Positions 49,025-59,513 of a DNA stretch of 64,000 bases are shown piece after piece. How positions within the stretch are numbered: the first letter of the stretch is position 1; every line of letters starts with the position of its first letter. A program made the translations under genes and the position numbers. The notes under the pieces are model-generated. The model saw only the letters and a program-made list of their open reading frames with translations. It did no database searches and was not told the DNA's origin. This DNA is from Candidatus Woesebacteria bacterium (GTDB lineage: Bacteria > Patescibacteriota > Microgenomatia > UBA8517), in assembly GCA_020060565.1 (NCBI GenBank), contig JAGVAE010000002.1:371270-435269 (forward strand). The letters run 5' to 3'.

Positions 49025-50081
49025 TGCATTCTTAAGTTTTTATAGCGGTGTCGTTTATAGAGGTGTTGAGACATATGTCCACGAACTAGCTGACAAACTA
49101 TCAAAGATGGGTAATGACGTAACTGTCTATCAAAACGGCTCAGCTGTATATGGAGGTTCATACAATACAGTTGTTATTGGAGAGAAAACCCATATGTTTA
49201 AAAAAGGCACCGTAGCAATAGTATTAAATCAACTAATCGACGCATTTGTTGTTGGAAAGTTTACTCAAAAAGCACTAAATCAAATTTCTAAAGATACAGA
49301 TATTTTAGTTGCTACAAATAATCGACTTCAAGCTTTATTGTCAAGGTTGTGGTGTTTATCCAAAAAACCAAAGCTTGTTATTCCTGGACAAAGTGGTCCG
49401 GGACTCGACGAGAGATTTGCACTTTATTGTTTTCCAGACGCTTTTGTCCCCCTTTCTGAGTATCAAAAAGAATGGGCAAAAAAAATAAATCCATTAATTA
49501 AAGTTTCAAGTGTTATACATAATGGCGTATCGCTCGAAAAATTCTCAGGAAAGTTTAAAAGAATTGATTTTGGTTTGAAGGGTAAAGTTATCCTTTGTGC
49601 GGCTGCACTTTGGCACATAATGAAACGTCAACATTTATTAATACGAGCGGTTTCAAAATTAAAGGATGTTTCTTTAATTTTGGCTGGAAGTGGTGAGGAA
49701 AAAGAATATCTTGAAAAGTTGGGGCATGATATGTTGGGTAATCGTTTCCTTGTTAAATCTTTTGACTATGCTGAAATGCCCAGAGTATATGCAAGTTGTG
49801 ATTTGTTTTCTTTTCCAACGTGGAGAATTGAATCGTTTGGGATTGTTATGGTTGAAGCCATGGCATCTGGTTTACCAGTGGTTGCCAGCGATGACCCCAT
49901 CAGAAAAGAAATCGTTGGGAACGCGGGTATATTAGTCGATCCTACTGATACTGACGAATATGCTAAGGCTCTGCAAAAAGCATTAGATATAAATTGGGGA
50001 GACAAGCCCAGAAGACAAGCAGAAAAGTTTTCTTGGGATATAATAGCTAAACAATATGAAAATCTTTTCAAAACACTTTAA
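49017..50081 (+). CDS. Glycosyltransferase family 4
   Basis: GVET, IHNGV, ESFGIVMVEAMASGLPVV, FSWD. Confidence 0.93.
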   Translation: MKIAFLSFYSGVVYRGVETYVHELADKLSKMGNDVTVYQNGSAVYGGSYNTVVIGEKTHMFKKGTVAIVLNQLIDAFVVGKFTQKALNQISKDTDILVATNNRLQALLSRLWCLSKKPKLVIPGQSGPGLDERFALYCFPDAFVPLSEYQKEWAKKINPLIKVSSVIHNGVSLEKFSGKFKRIDFGLKGKVILCAAALWHIMKRQHLLIRAVSKLKDVSLILAGSGEEKEYLEKLGHDMLGNRFLVKSFDYAEMPRVYASCDLFSFPTWRIESFGIVMVEAMASGLPVVASDDPIRKEIVGNAGILVDPTDTDEYAKALQKALDINWGDKPRRQAEKFSWDIIAKQYENLFKTL

Positions 50082-51831
50082 AAACAAAGACAATTTATTC
50101 TTAATTGCAGTCTTAGTTTTTGCATTTTTGCTGCGTGTAATTCTTTTAGATCGTTTTCCAATTGGAATGACTCATGATGAACTGAATCATATTGTTACTG
50201 CCAAATCACTTTTTTTTGAGCACACATTCGTTCCAGGTACGGGACCAGCGGTACTTCCAACAAACATGTCCTATTCTACGGTTACAATACCTGAGGTTTC
50301 ATCAATAATTTTAGCTACATTAATTGGAGGGTTACCATTGTCATTATTCACAAGTAGAATCGTTGGTGCTCTATTCAGTGTACTTTCTATTTGGGCAATC
50401 TATTACATTGCTTTACATATAACCAAAAAGCGTTTGTTTGCACAAATAACCATTCTTCTAATGGCAATAAACCCATGGAGTTTTCTTCTTGGGAGAACAA
50501 TGGCTGAGCTTAACTTCTTTGTTGCCTTTTTTCTTTTAGGATTTTTGGTATTACTTAAATCGAAAGGGTGGGGAATAATGCGTGCTCTACCATTTTATTT
50601 ATTAGGCTTCTTTAGTTATACGGGAGGTCAAATTTCATTTTTAGCTTTTATGATAACCACTCCCATTTATCATTATTTTATTTCAACTAAAAACAAAAAA
50701 AATCTTAAGATATACGCTATTTTTATAGGTATTGTTTCCTTGATTTTTGCGGGATATGTTTTTGTAACTTTACAGAATCAAACATTTAAATCCCGTGGTG
50801 CAGAACTTTATTTACCAAACCAACCTGAAATTGCAGATACTGTGAATGAGAGTAGAAAGCTATCTATTCAAACCCCTTTCAATAACTTATTTATAAATAA
50901 GGCAACGGTATATGCCAATGGTTTTATTAGTAAATACATTAATACATTTTCTGTAGATTTTCTTTTCTTAAAAGGGGAAGCTCGTGCTATTTTTTCATAC
51001 CAAACTCACGGTACATTTTATTTAATTGATTTGATATTTATTGTAATAGGATTATCCTCACTATTTGTCATAAACAGAAAAGGTTGGATTTTATTCTTGG
51101 CAATAATTGCTGGTTGTTCTGTTACGTCGGGTTTAAGTGTAGTAGAAAGTTCATATAGTCAAAGAGTGGGACTTATTTATCCTTTCTTAATAATGCTTTC
51201 AGGAATTGGGATAGCGACAATAATTACAGAGGTAAAACAAAAAAAGTTAAGAATAATATTATCAATTGCAATTACTCTTTTATATTTAATCTCCTTAGCT
51301 AATTTGATGCATATCTATTTTATTCGTTTCCCAATTTATGCATCTGATGGCTGGTTTTTCCAAGACAGAGTACTCACAAGCTATATAAAAAAAGTTAGTA
51401 TGGCTAATACTGAAACTAAAGTAGTGGTCTATTCCGTAGAACCCAAGATAATTTTTGAGGAATATCTTTTTTATACCAACACATACGATAAAAATAATAT
51501 TAAACTAATTAATAAACAACTAGATATAAAGGATTATTCTATTGGTAACATAACCTTTACCGATAAATGTCCTGAGGCAAATCCTAATAAAGACACAATA
51601 ACAATTTTTGAAGGATCTATGGGTTGTTACACCCTATCTAGTCTTACAGATATGGTTCGAATCTCGCGATTAAAAGATGTTCATGCAAACTATCATATTT
51701 ATAATGACCAACTTTGCAATAATTTTAAATTAAATAGTTATATTCCTCTATCTGCATATAATGATTTTTCTGTAGAGAAACAATCTCTGAACCAATTCTG
51801 TTTAAATTGGGTTACTAAGATTGAAGAATGA
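50056..51831 (+). CDS. GT39/ArnT-like GT-C membrane glycosyltransferase
   Basis: LLR...P.GMTHDE, INPW, FSY, FLFLKGE. Confidence 0.82.
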   Translation: MKIFSKHFKNKDNLFLIAVLVFAFLLRVILLDRFPIGMTHDELNHIVTAKSLFFEHTFVPGTGPAVLPTNMSYSTVTIPEVSSIILATLIGGLPLSLFTSRIVGALFSVLSIWAIYYIALHITKKRLFAQITILLMAINPWSFLLGRTMAELNFFVAFFLLGFLVLLKSKGWGIMRALPFYLLGFFSYTGGQISFLAFMITTPIYHYFISTKNKKNLKIYAIFIGIVSLIFAGYVFVTLQNQTFKSRGAELYLPNQPEIADTVNESRKLSIQTPFNNLFINKATVYANGFISKYINTFSVDFLFLKGEARAIFSYQTHGTFYLIDLIFIVIGLSSLFVINRKGWILFLAIIAGCSVTSGLSVVESSYSQRVGLIYPFLIMLSGIGIATIITEVKQKKLRIILSIAITLLYLISLANLMHIYFIRFPIYASDGWFFQDRVLTSYIKKVSMANTETKVVVYSVEPKIIFEEYLFYTNTYDKNNIKLINKQLDIKDYSIGNITFTDKCPEANPNKDTITIFEGSMGCYTLSSLTDMVRISRLKDVHANYHIYNDQLCNNFKLNSYIPLSAYNDFSVEKQSLNQFCLNWVTKIEE

Positions 51832-53078
51832 AATTATTAAAGGGAAAAAATCTGCTTCTTTTGGCTATTTTTTTGATTGCTGCAGCAGTCAGGTTTTACA
51901 ATTTCCCCAACCGTGTTACTTTTTGGAGTGAACAAGCGAGAAGTCTTGTAGTTTCGGCTGACTATATTCACCATAAACCATCGCTTCTTGGACAACCGTA
52001 TTTTATTAGGGAAGATTCAAACTCACACATCTTGTATAGTGGAGCGCTTTTTAATTATTCACTTGTTCCACTTCTTTTGGTAACTAATTATGACCCCGTT
52101 ATTATTACTGTATTTTTTACACTTCTTAATATCTTAACTGGGTTTGTAATATATTTAGTTGCAAAGAAATCTTTTAATTCATCAACAGCAATAATATCTA
52201 CATCACTTTTTCTTTTTAACGATTTGATGATCTATCACTCTCTTTTTATATGGGCTTATAATGTTCTTCCTCTGGTTGGAATTCTAACTTTATATTTTTC
52301 TTGGAAGTATACACATAAAAATTCAGAAAAAGATATTTTTACCATAGGTTTACTATCTGGAATTGGAATTAGTTTACAATTCCTTTTTGCACCAATTGCT
52401 CTTTTGGTTTTTATTGTTAACTTTATAAAAAGTAAAAATAAAATACTTGCAACTCTTTTATTTGGTTTTGGAATGATACTAGCTAATCTTCCAATGTTGA
52501 TTTTTGACATACGCCACAACTTTTATAATCTATCTACTTTATTCCAATACTTTCTTGATACCTTGGGGGGGGAAAGTAATGCTAGTTTTTCCTATTACTA
52601 TCTTCTTCCTTTTTGGCCATTGTTTGCAATAATTTTAGGTTACTTTGTTGTAAAAATTATCAAATGGGACAGATTAGTAGCTGCTTTTGTAATTACAATT
52701 TATATATATTTAAATCTGACTTCGCAAAGAGTGTCTTTTATAAAACCTACAGGAATGCCAGAAGGAATTAATACTAGTGATATTGATAAAGCTTCAAATA
52801 TTATCTCTAGAAACGTAAAAGGTGAATTTAATGTTGCAGAAGTCTTAGATTTTGATAAAAGGGCATATGTTTTGAGATATTTTACTGAGTATAAATATGG
52901 CAAAAAACCACTAGGGGAGACCCAATATCAAAATATCAAAGAACTATATGTACTCAGCCAAAAAGGTTATAATTTTGACAAATCAGATGTCTGGGAGGTT
53001 TATGCAGGTGGAAAGTATAATGTAAGCTTATTATCAGACGTAGGAAAAGGATACGCAGTTTACAAACTAACAAAATAA
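51828..53078 (+). CDS. GT39/ArnT-like GT-C membrane glycosyltransferase (paralog of 47746)
   Basis: VRFYN..FWSEQAR, FDIRHNF, VWEV; contains an in-frame G8 tract. Confidence 0.78.
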   Translation: MKLLKGKNLLLLAIFLIAAAVRFYNFPNRVTFWSEQARSLVVSADYIHHKPSLLGQPYFIREDSNSHILYSGALFNYSLVPLLLVTNYDPVIITVFFTLLNILTGFVIYLVAKKSFNSSTAIISTSLFLFNDLMIYHSLFIWAYNVLPLVGILTLYFSWKYTHKNSEKDIFTIGLLSGIGISLQFLFAPIALLVFIVNFIKSKNKILATLLFGFGMILANLPMLIFDIRHNFYNLSTLFQYFLDTLGGESNASFSYYYLLPFWPLFAIILGYFVVKIIKWDRLVAAFVITIYIYLNLTSQRVSFIKPTGMPEGINTSDIDKASNIISRNVKGEFNVAEVLDFDKRAYVLRYFTEYKYGKKPLGETQYQNIKELYVLSQKGYNFDKSDVWEVYAGGKYNVSLLSDVGKGYAVYKLTK

Positions 53079-53106
53079 GCAATGCTTATTAGAATACCAT
53101 GAAAAT
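53076..53106 (+). repeat. Conserved intergenic element, copy 2 (contains palindrome TAAGCA-A-TGCTTA)
   Basis: taagcaatgcttattagaataccatgaaaat. Confidence 0.7.
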
Positions 53107-53938
53107 ATCAGTAATAATTCCAACTTATAATGAAGCAAAAGTAATTGATAATTGCTTGATGTCTTTGGCTAAGCAATCAATGGATGATATGGAGATAATA
53201 GTAGTTGATGATGGTTCAACCGACTCCACAATTAAGAAAATATCCAAATTAAAAACAGGAGATCTCAATCTAAAAATAGAAAGCGGATCTCACCAGGGGG
53301 CGGGTGCAGCAAGAAATTTAGGAGTCCAACAAGCATTAGGTCAAATCCTTGTATTTGTTGATGCTGACATGACTTTTGACAAGAATTTTATTGGAAATCT
53401 TGTTAAGCCGATATTATTAGGGGAAGCCAGGGGAACTTTTAGTAAAGACGAAAATGTAAGCAATTGGGATAACATTTGGGCAAGATGCTGGAATATAAAT
53501 GAAGGTTGGGAAGAAAAAAAACGCCACCCTAAAAACTATCCCGACCACCAGCCCGTATTTCGTGCAATTCTTAAAAGTGAATTTGATAGAGTTTGGGGTT
53601 TTACTCCAGGAGGATATGATGACGATTGGAGCTTGAGTAAAAAACTTGGATACCAGGCGAAAGCATCACCAAATGCAATCTTCTATCACAGAAATCCCGA
53701 ATCTTTGGGTGAAGTTTATAAACATGCAAAGTGGGTGGGAAAAAGAAAGTACAAATATGGTTTTCTTGGCTACATAGTAGGAATTATTAGAGCCTCAGTC
53801 CTAATCTCTTTAGTTGTAGGGATATATAAATCCATTAAACATTTATCACCAACCTTTTTAATATTTAAAATTATCTATGATTTTGGAATTTTGGTCGGTA
53901 TTATAGAACTTTTGATAAGTGGAAAATCTTCAAAATGA
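53099..53938 (+). CDS. Glycosyltransferase family 2
   Basis: ISVIIPTYNE, VVDDGSTD, GAARNLG, FVDAD. Confidence 0.93.
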   Translation: MKISVIIPTYNEAKVIDNCLMSLAKQSMDDMEIIVVDDGSTDSTIKKISKLKTGDLNLKIESGSHQGAGAARNLGVQQALGQILVFVDADMTFDKNFIGNLVKPILLGEARGTFSKDENVSNWDNIWARCWNINEGWEEKKRHPKNYPDHQPVFRAILKSEFDRVWGFTPGGYDDDWSLSKKLGYQAKASPNAIFYHRNPESLGEVYKHAKWVGKRKYKYGFLGYIVGIIRASVLISLVVGIYKSIKHLSPTFLIFKIIYDFGILVGIIELLISGKSSK

Positions 53939-55230
53939 TTTACTTAATTATCTTTGTGGGACTTATATTAAGACTGATTTCATCAAATCAATCACTGTGG
54001 CTTGATGAGGCTACAACTGCACTAGTTGCTAAGATGTCCCTGGGAGATATTTTTACTAAGTTTTTGCCTGGAGATTTTCACCCACCTTTGTTTTATTTAA
54101 TAGAGAAATATTGGTCTACGATATTTGGTTATTCAGAAATTGCACTAAGGGTTCCGTCAATTTTATTTGGTTTGGGGACAATCTATATCACTTACTTAAT
54201 TGCAAAAAAGATTTTTAATAGTCGCATAGCTCTTTTGTCTGGAGTACTAATGGCCACTTCAGGGCTTTCAATTTATTATTCTCAAGAAGCTAGAATGTAT
54301 AGTTTGGCTGCTTTTTTGGTTACTGCACTTTTTTATTTATTTCTAGAAAAAAAGTGGATATTGTTTTCAACTGTATTAGTTCTTCTTGGGGCTTCCGATT
54401 ACGTTTCTCTTTTTGTTCTTCCCGTGTTTTGGATCTTAGGTTTTAAAAATTGGAAGAAACTTTTGTTTTCCCATGTTCCAATTCTTTCATTCTTTGTAAT
54501 CTGGTTTCCTATATTTCAAAAGCAATTATTAAGTGGGCTATCACTTGAAGGATCTAATTGGTGGAATTTGTTAGGTCCTGCAACTTTCAAAAATGCAGCT
54601 CTGATTCCTGTTAAATTTATCTTTGGGAGAATAAGTTTTGATGACAAAACACTTTACGGCATTATTGCTGGGATTGCTATATGTTTATTTAGTTTTGTTC
54701 TTTTCAAAGTCAGAAAAAGTTCAAAGCTTCTTTGGGGTTGGCTGGTTATACCAATAGTACTGGGAATCTTGATTAGTTTTAAGATTCCCACTCTTTCCTA
54801 TTTCAGATTTATCTTTTGTTTACCAGCTCTTTATATTTTAGTGGCGGCGGGATTAGATAAGTTTACAAAATACAGATACTTACTTATAACAATCTTTCTT
54901 TTAATAAATATATCAAGCTCAATGTATTATCTTCTAACCCCAAGATTTCAAAGAGAGGACTGGAGGAAGGCAGTGGGTGAGATAGGGGAAGATGTAATAA
55001 TTTTACCAGCTTACTCACAAACTGAGGCTTTGGAGTATTATGGTAAGGGCGACCAAATAATAAACATTAACAATTTTGAGGGAGGTCAAAAGGTGGTTTG
55101 GCTCTCACGCTATGTTTGGTGGGTGTTTGATTCAACTGATTTGGCCAGGAAGAAAGTAGAGAGTTTAGGCTATAATAAGGTACTTGAAAACAACTTTAAT
55201 GGAGTGGTTTTTTGGAAATATAACAAATGA
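53935..55230 (+). CDS. GT39 family GT-C membrane glycosyltransferase
   Basis: QSLWLDEA, HPPLFY, LRVPS, YSQEARMYS, EDWR. Confidence 0.88.
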   Translation: MIYLIIFVGLILRLISSNQSLWLDEATTALVAKMSLGDIFTKFLPGDFHPPLFYLIEKYWSTIFGYSEIALRVPSILFGLGTIYITYLIAKKIFNSRIALLSGVLMATSGLSIYYSQEARMYSLAAFLVTALFYLFLEKKWILFSTVLVLLGASDYVSLFVLPVFWILGFKNWKKLLFSHVPILSFFVIWFPIFQKQLLSGLSLEGSNWWNLLGPATFKNAALIPVKFIFGRISFDDKTLYGIIAGIAICLFSFVLFKVRKSSKLLWGWLVIPIVLGILISFKIPTLSYFRFIFCLPALYILVAAGLDKFTKYRYLLITIFLLINISSSMYYLLTPRFQREDWRKAVGEIGEDVIILPAYSQTEALEYYGKGDQIININNFEGGQKVVWLSRYVWWVFDSTDLARKKVESLGYNKVLENNFNGVVFWKYNK

Positions 55231-56303
55231 AAATAGCAATCGATATAAGCCAAATAGTTTATGGAACTGGGGTATCTGTTTATACAAAGAATCTTGTAGA
55301 TAATCTACTCAAGATTGATCGTGAGAATGAATATATTCTTTTTGCGGGAAGTTTAAGAAGAAAAGGTGAAATTCTTTCAATATATCCTTCATCTAAAGTT
55401 TTTCCTATCCCTCCAACCCTAGCAGATTTGGTTTGGAATAGACTGCATGTATTTCCAATTGAGAAGCTAATAGGGAATGTAGATGTATTTCATACCTCCG
55501 ACTGGTCAGAACCACCCTCAAGTGCCTTTAAGGTGACCACAGTGCATGATTTAGCACCGTTTCTGTATCCCAACCTTTTTCCAAGAGACATAATTCGTAA
55601 TATTGTTGATGTTCATAAACATAAGTTGTCTTGGGTTAGGGAAGAGAGTAAAAGGATAATTGTTCCAACTAACGCTACAAAGAAAGATTTGATAAGTCTT
55701 GGGTATAAAGAACAATTAATTCGTGTTATTCCTGAATCAATCCCCGAAGGATTCAAAAAAGCATCCAAGGAAGAAATTGAAAGAATTCTTCGTAAATATA
55801 AAATCTTTGGAAACTATGTATTGTCAGTTGGAATTGATCCAAGAAAAAATACTGAAAGAATAATAAAAGCGTTTGAACATAGTTCTGCAGGACGGGATCT
55901 TAAAATGGTTTTGGTTGGGTCACCCAAATACACAAAGATAAAAGAAGCAAGGAATATTAGAATCCTGGGTAGAGTAGAGACAAATGACTTAGTAGCCCTC
56001 TACTCAGGTGCAAGTGCACTAATCTACCCATCCCTTTATGAAGGATTTGGTTTACCTATTCTTGAAGCCTTTGCTTGTGAATGTCCAGTGGTTACATCAG
56101 ACATTTCTTCAATGGCTGAAGTTGCAGGTGACGCAGCAGCTTTGGTTGATCCCTACAAAACAGAATCAATTGTGGAAGGTATTGATAGGGTATTGCGAGG
56201 TCCAAAGAGTTATATAGAAAAAGGATTAAGAAGAGTCCAGGATTTCTCTTGGGACAAAACAGCCAGGATGACACTGGATGTCTACAAGGAGGTCATTCTA
56301 TGA
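55227..56303 (+). CDS. Glycosyltransferase family 4
   Basis: TGVSVY, TVHDL, PRKN, PSLYEGFGLPILEA. Confidence 0.93.
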   Translation: MKIAIDISQIVYGTGVSVYTKNLVDNLLKIDRENEYILFAGSLRRKGEILSIYPSSKVFPIPPTLADLVWNRLHVFPIEKLIGNVDVFHTSDWSEPPSSAFKVTTVHDLAPFLYPNLFPRDIIRNIVDVHKHKLSWVREESKRIIVPTNATKKDLISLGYKEQLIRVIPESIPEGFKKASKEEIERILRKYKIFGNYVLSVGIDPRKNTERIIKAFEHSSAGRDLKMVLVGSPKYTKIKEARNIRILGRVETNDLVALYSGASALIYPSLYEGFGLPILEAFACECPVVTSDISSMAEVAGDAAALVDPYKTESIVEGIDRVLRGPKSYIEKGLRRVQDFSWDKTARMTLDVYKEVIL

Positions 56304-57196
56304 GTTGGGTCTGGGTGGCCTTGCTTTCACCAGCAGTTTACTCAATAGTTAATTTTGTTGATAAATATATTCTTTCGAGGCATATAAAAGACTATAGAGG
56401 GATTTCTATGTATTCAGCTGTAATGGCTGTTATTTTTGGATCATTTTTTTGGTATTTTGGAGGGCAGCCAATACTTTCATCTCGAGATTCAATACTTATT
56501 ATTACCTCAGGTGTTTTTACATTTTGGGCAATGGTTTTGTATTTCAAAGCTCTTTCACTTGAGGATACAAGTAAAATAATAATTTTATTTCAAATGGGGC
56601 CCGTGTTGATTTTAATACTATCCTATTTCTTTTTAAATGAAAGGATAAATTTAGGTCAATTTATTGGCTTTTTATTGGTCTTATCTGCATCTGTTGGAGT
56701 GTCGGTTGAAAAGAAAGAAATGAGATTGAAGCTCTCGAAGTCGTTCTATTTAATTTTGTTGAATCAAATATTGTGGTCGGTTGGGGCGGTGATTTTTAAA
56801 TTTGTAGTAGATCAAAACAGCTTTATAAAAGTTGTATCGTATGAGAGTTGGGGAATAGCTTTGGGAGGAATAATACTGTTTGCTGCATTTCCAAATATCC
56901 GTAATCCGTTTTTAAATACTTTCAAAACACTAGAAAAACGGGCTGTATTTTTTGTTTTCTTAAATGAAGGTATTTTTGTAATAGCAAGATTATTAAATTT
57001 TGCGGCCATATCAATGGGTCCTTTGGCATTGGTGAGTATCTTAGGAAGCACATCGGTATTTTTTGGTTTAATTTATGGTGTTATTCTTTCACTTGTTTTT
57101 CCAAGTATATTCAAAGAAGGGTTGTCAAAACAATCTATAATTAAAAATGTTGGGTTTGGGATCTTGGCATTTATAGGAATTTGTTTTATTTATTAA
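56300..57196 (+). CDS. EamA/DMT family transporter
   Basis: About 10 TM in two repeats, NFVDK, YFKAL, FLNERI; ATG at 56300. Confidence 0.8.
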   Translation: MSWVWVALLSPAVYSIVNFVDKYILSRHIKDYRGISMYSAVMAVIFGSFFWYFGGQPILSSRDSILIITSGVFTFWAMVLYFKALSLEDTSKIIILFQMGPVLILILSYFFLNERINLGQFIGFLLVLSASVGVSVEKKEMRLKLSKSFYLILLNQILWSVGAVIFKFVVDQNSFIKVVSYESWGIALGGIILFAAFPNIRNPFLNTFKTLEKRAVFFVFLNEGIFVIARLLNFAAISMGPLALVSILGSTSVFFGLIYGVILSLVFPSIFKEGLSKQSIIKNVGFGILAFIGICFIY

Positions 57197-57217
57197 TATA
57201 TTGAATATAATTGACTT

Positions 57218-58357
57218 ATGATAATAGGAATTGATGGAAATGAGGCTAATATTAAAAACCGAGTAGGTGTGAACACCTATGCTTACGAACTTCTTAAAAA
57301 TATGGCTAAACTACAGGATAGTGGAAAAAATGATCACAAACTCATAGTTTATCTTAAAAACGACCCCCTTAACGACATGCCCGAACAAACTGCGAACTTT
57401 AAATATAAAATAATTCCTGGTGGGGGAATGTGGATTTTAACAAAGCTTATGCCACGTTTAATTTTTAACTCAGATAAACTAGATGTCTTCTTCTCTCCAA
57501 GCCATTATTTACCACCTCTAGCGTCAATGCCACGCATATGCTCAATTATGGACCTTGGATACCTCGAGTTTTCGGAACAATTTACAAAAAAAGTGTTTTG
57601 GCAGTTGCGTTACTGGAGTGCTATCAGTATATATGTATCAAAAGCGGTCATTGCAATATCAAACAGTACAAAACGGGATATTGTACGACACTATCCATTT
57701 GCTGAACATAAAACCTACGTTACCCACCTTGCATATGATGTTAATCAATTTAACAAAGAAATATCAGAAAAAGATGTGCGACGTGTGTTAAATAAGTACT
57801 CCATAGTTGATGACTATGTTCTATACCTTGGAACACTCAAGCCAAGTAAAAATATAGAGGGTTTGATTGCAGCCTTTCAATCAGTAATTACCAATTACCA
57901 GTTACCAGTTAACAATTTAAAACTGGTGATAGCAGGAAAGAAAGGTTGGATGTTTGATACTATATACAAAAAGGCCAAGGATTTGGGATTAAGTGATAAG
58001 ATTGTATACACAGATTTTATTCCTGAAGAAGATAAGGCAGGGCTAATCGCAGGAGCTAAAGTGTTTGTCCTTCCTTCTTTTTGGGAGGGGTTTGGACTGG
58101 ACGCACTAAATACCATGGCAAGTGGAGTGCCAGTTGTAGCCAGTAATGTTGGATCTCTTCCTGAGGTGGTGGGGGAAGCTGGAATAATGGTTGACCCCAA
58201 TAGTATAGATAGTATAGCTGAAGGTATAGCTAGCGTACTTTCTGCTACTAAGTTAGAATATAATAGTATAGTGGAAAAAGGATTTTCCCAGGTATCAAAG
58301 TTTACCTGGGAAGAAACAGCCAAAAAGACTTTAGAAATTATTGAAAATGTTCACTGA
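57218..58357 (+). CDS. Glycosyltransferase family 4
   Basis: IGIDGNEAN, GTLKPSKN, PSFWEGFG, SLPEVVG. Confidence 0.93.
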   Translation: MIIGIDGNEANIKNRVGVNTYAYELLKNMAKLQDSGKNDHKLIVYLKNDPLNDMPEQTANFKYKIIPGGGMWILTKLMPRLIFNSDKLDVFFSPSHYLPPLASMPRICSIMDLGYLEFSEQFTKKVFWQLRYWSAISIYVSKAVIAISNSTKRDIVRHYPFAEHKTYVTHLAYDVNQFNKEISEKDVRRVLNKYSIVDDYVLYLGTLKPSKNIEGLIAAFQSVITNYQLPVNNLKLVIAGKKGWMFDTIYKKAKDLGLSDKIVYTDFIPEEDKAGLIAGAKVFVLPSFWEGFGLDALNTMASGVPVVASNVGSLPEVVGEAGIMVDPNSIDSIAEGIASVLSATKLEYNSIVEKGFSQVSKFTWEETAKKTLEIIENVH

Positions 58358-58943
58358 CAAGACGGGGAAAAAACTAACAACATCACAGGCATTTCCAAAG
58401 ATAATGAATCGCATATATAACTATTTCTTAGATTTTGAATTGATGATACTAAGATGGGTGAGTCATGTGCCATCGCACTCTTTCAGAAAATTATTCTACT
58501 GCCTTTCTGGTATGAAGATCGGTAAAGGATCAGTGGTTCATATGTGGGCTAACTTTTTTGACCCAAGTGAGATAGTAATTGGGAATGACACAATTGTGGG
58601 GGATCATGCTTTCTTAGATGGTAGGGCACACTTAACAATAGGGAACCATGTAGATATAGCATCAAGTGTCATGATCTATAACTCAGAACATGATTTAGAG
58701 AGTAATGATTTTGTAGCAAGAACGGAACCAGTTGAAGTAGGAGACTATGTGTTTATAGGTCCCAGAGCAATAATTTTACCAGGAGTAAAAATAGGGAAGG
58801 GTGCAGTGATTGCAGCAGGAGCAGTTGTTACAAAAAACGTAGATGACTTCACCATTGTTGGAGGAGTACCCGCAAAAGTAATTGGGGAGAGGAAAAATAA
58901 AAATCCAGATTACAAATTAGGGAGGGCACGCCTTTTCCAATAA
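58347..58943 (+). CDS. Hexapeptide-repeat O-acyltransferase (WcaF-like)
   Basis: LDGR..LTIG.HVDI, HD, VFIGPRAIILPGV, GGVPAKVI. Confidence 0.88.
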   Translation: MFTDKTGKKLTTSQAFPKIMNRIYNYFLDFELMILRWVSHVPSHSFRKLFYCLSGMKIGKGSVVHMWANFFDPSEIVIGNDTIVGDHAFLDGRAHLTIGNHVDIASSVMIYNSEHDLESNDFVARTEPVEVGDYVFIGPRAIILPGVKIGKGAVIAAGAVVTKNVDDFTIVGGVPAKVIGERKNKNPDYKLGRARLFQ

Positions 58944-59512
58944 TGTTTAAAAAAACCTTAATTGTTTTTTATGTTTTGTTTTCTCTAATTATTCTTTCTT
59001 ACGTATCACTCCCCAATTATAATTTTCCAACTCCCCCACCCGATTCTGTTCAATCAAAAGAACCTGCTGATATGGAAGAACCTTTAAGGAAAGCTTATTT
59101 TACCAATTACACAAGAAACGAAGTTCTTAGTTGGTATAAAGCACAATTTGATTATTCATCCGTAGGAAAAATAAAACTTCCAACATATTTACTAAATTAT
59201 CCACCTGAGGAATCACAAAGTATTATTCGTGATCAAACAAGAAGTACTTTTTTACAAGAGGTTGTTCATCCCTTTCGTGAGACGGTATTTATTAATGGTT
59301 ATGAACCAGCTACTGGAGATGATAAAAATAGGATTGTAATAGACGGAACACACTGGAGACAAAAGATTATTATCAAATACATTCCTAGTACATTTATTTT
59401 GAGATTTATTATTACCCTTGCAAGCTTAGCTGCAATTCCCGTTCTTTACTCTGCTTTTGTTTCTGAGTTTAGCTTCTTAAAAAAAATGACAAAAAGTCGT
59501 AGAATCAAATAA
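58943..59512 (+). CDS. Uncharacterised protein with N- and C-terminal TM helices
   Basis: TM, Pro-rich FPTPPP, LNYPPEE...IRDQTRS, TM; coupled start. Confidence 0.7.
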   Translation: MFKKTLIVFYVLFSLIILSYVSLPNYNFPTPPPDSVQSKEPADMEEPLRKAYFTNYTRNEVLSWYKAQFDYSSVGKIKLPTYLLNYPPEESQSIIRDQTRSTFLQEVVHPFRETVFINGYEPATGDDKNRIVIDGTHWRQKIIIKYIPSTFILRFIITLASLAAIPVLYSAFVSEFSFLKKMTKSRRIK

Positions 59513-59513
59513 T

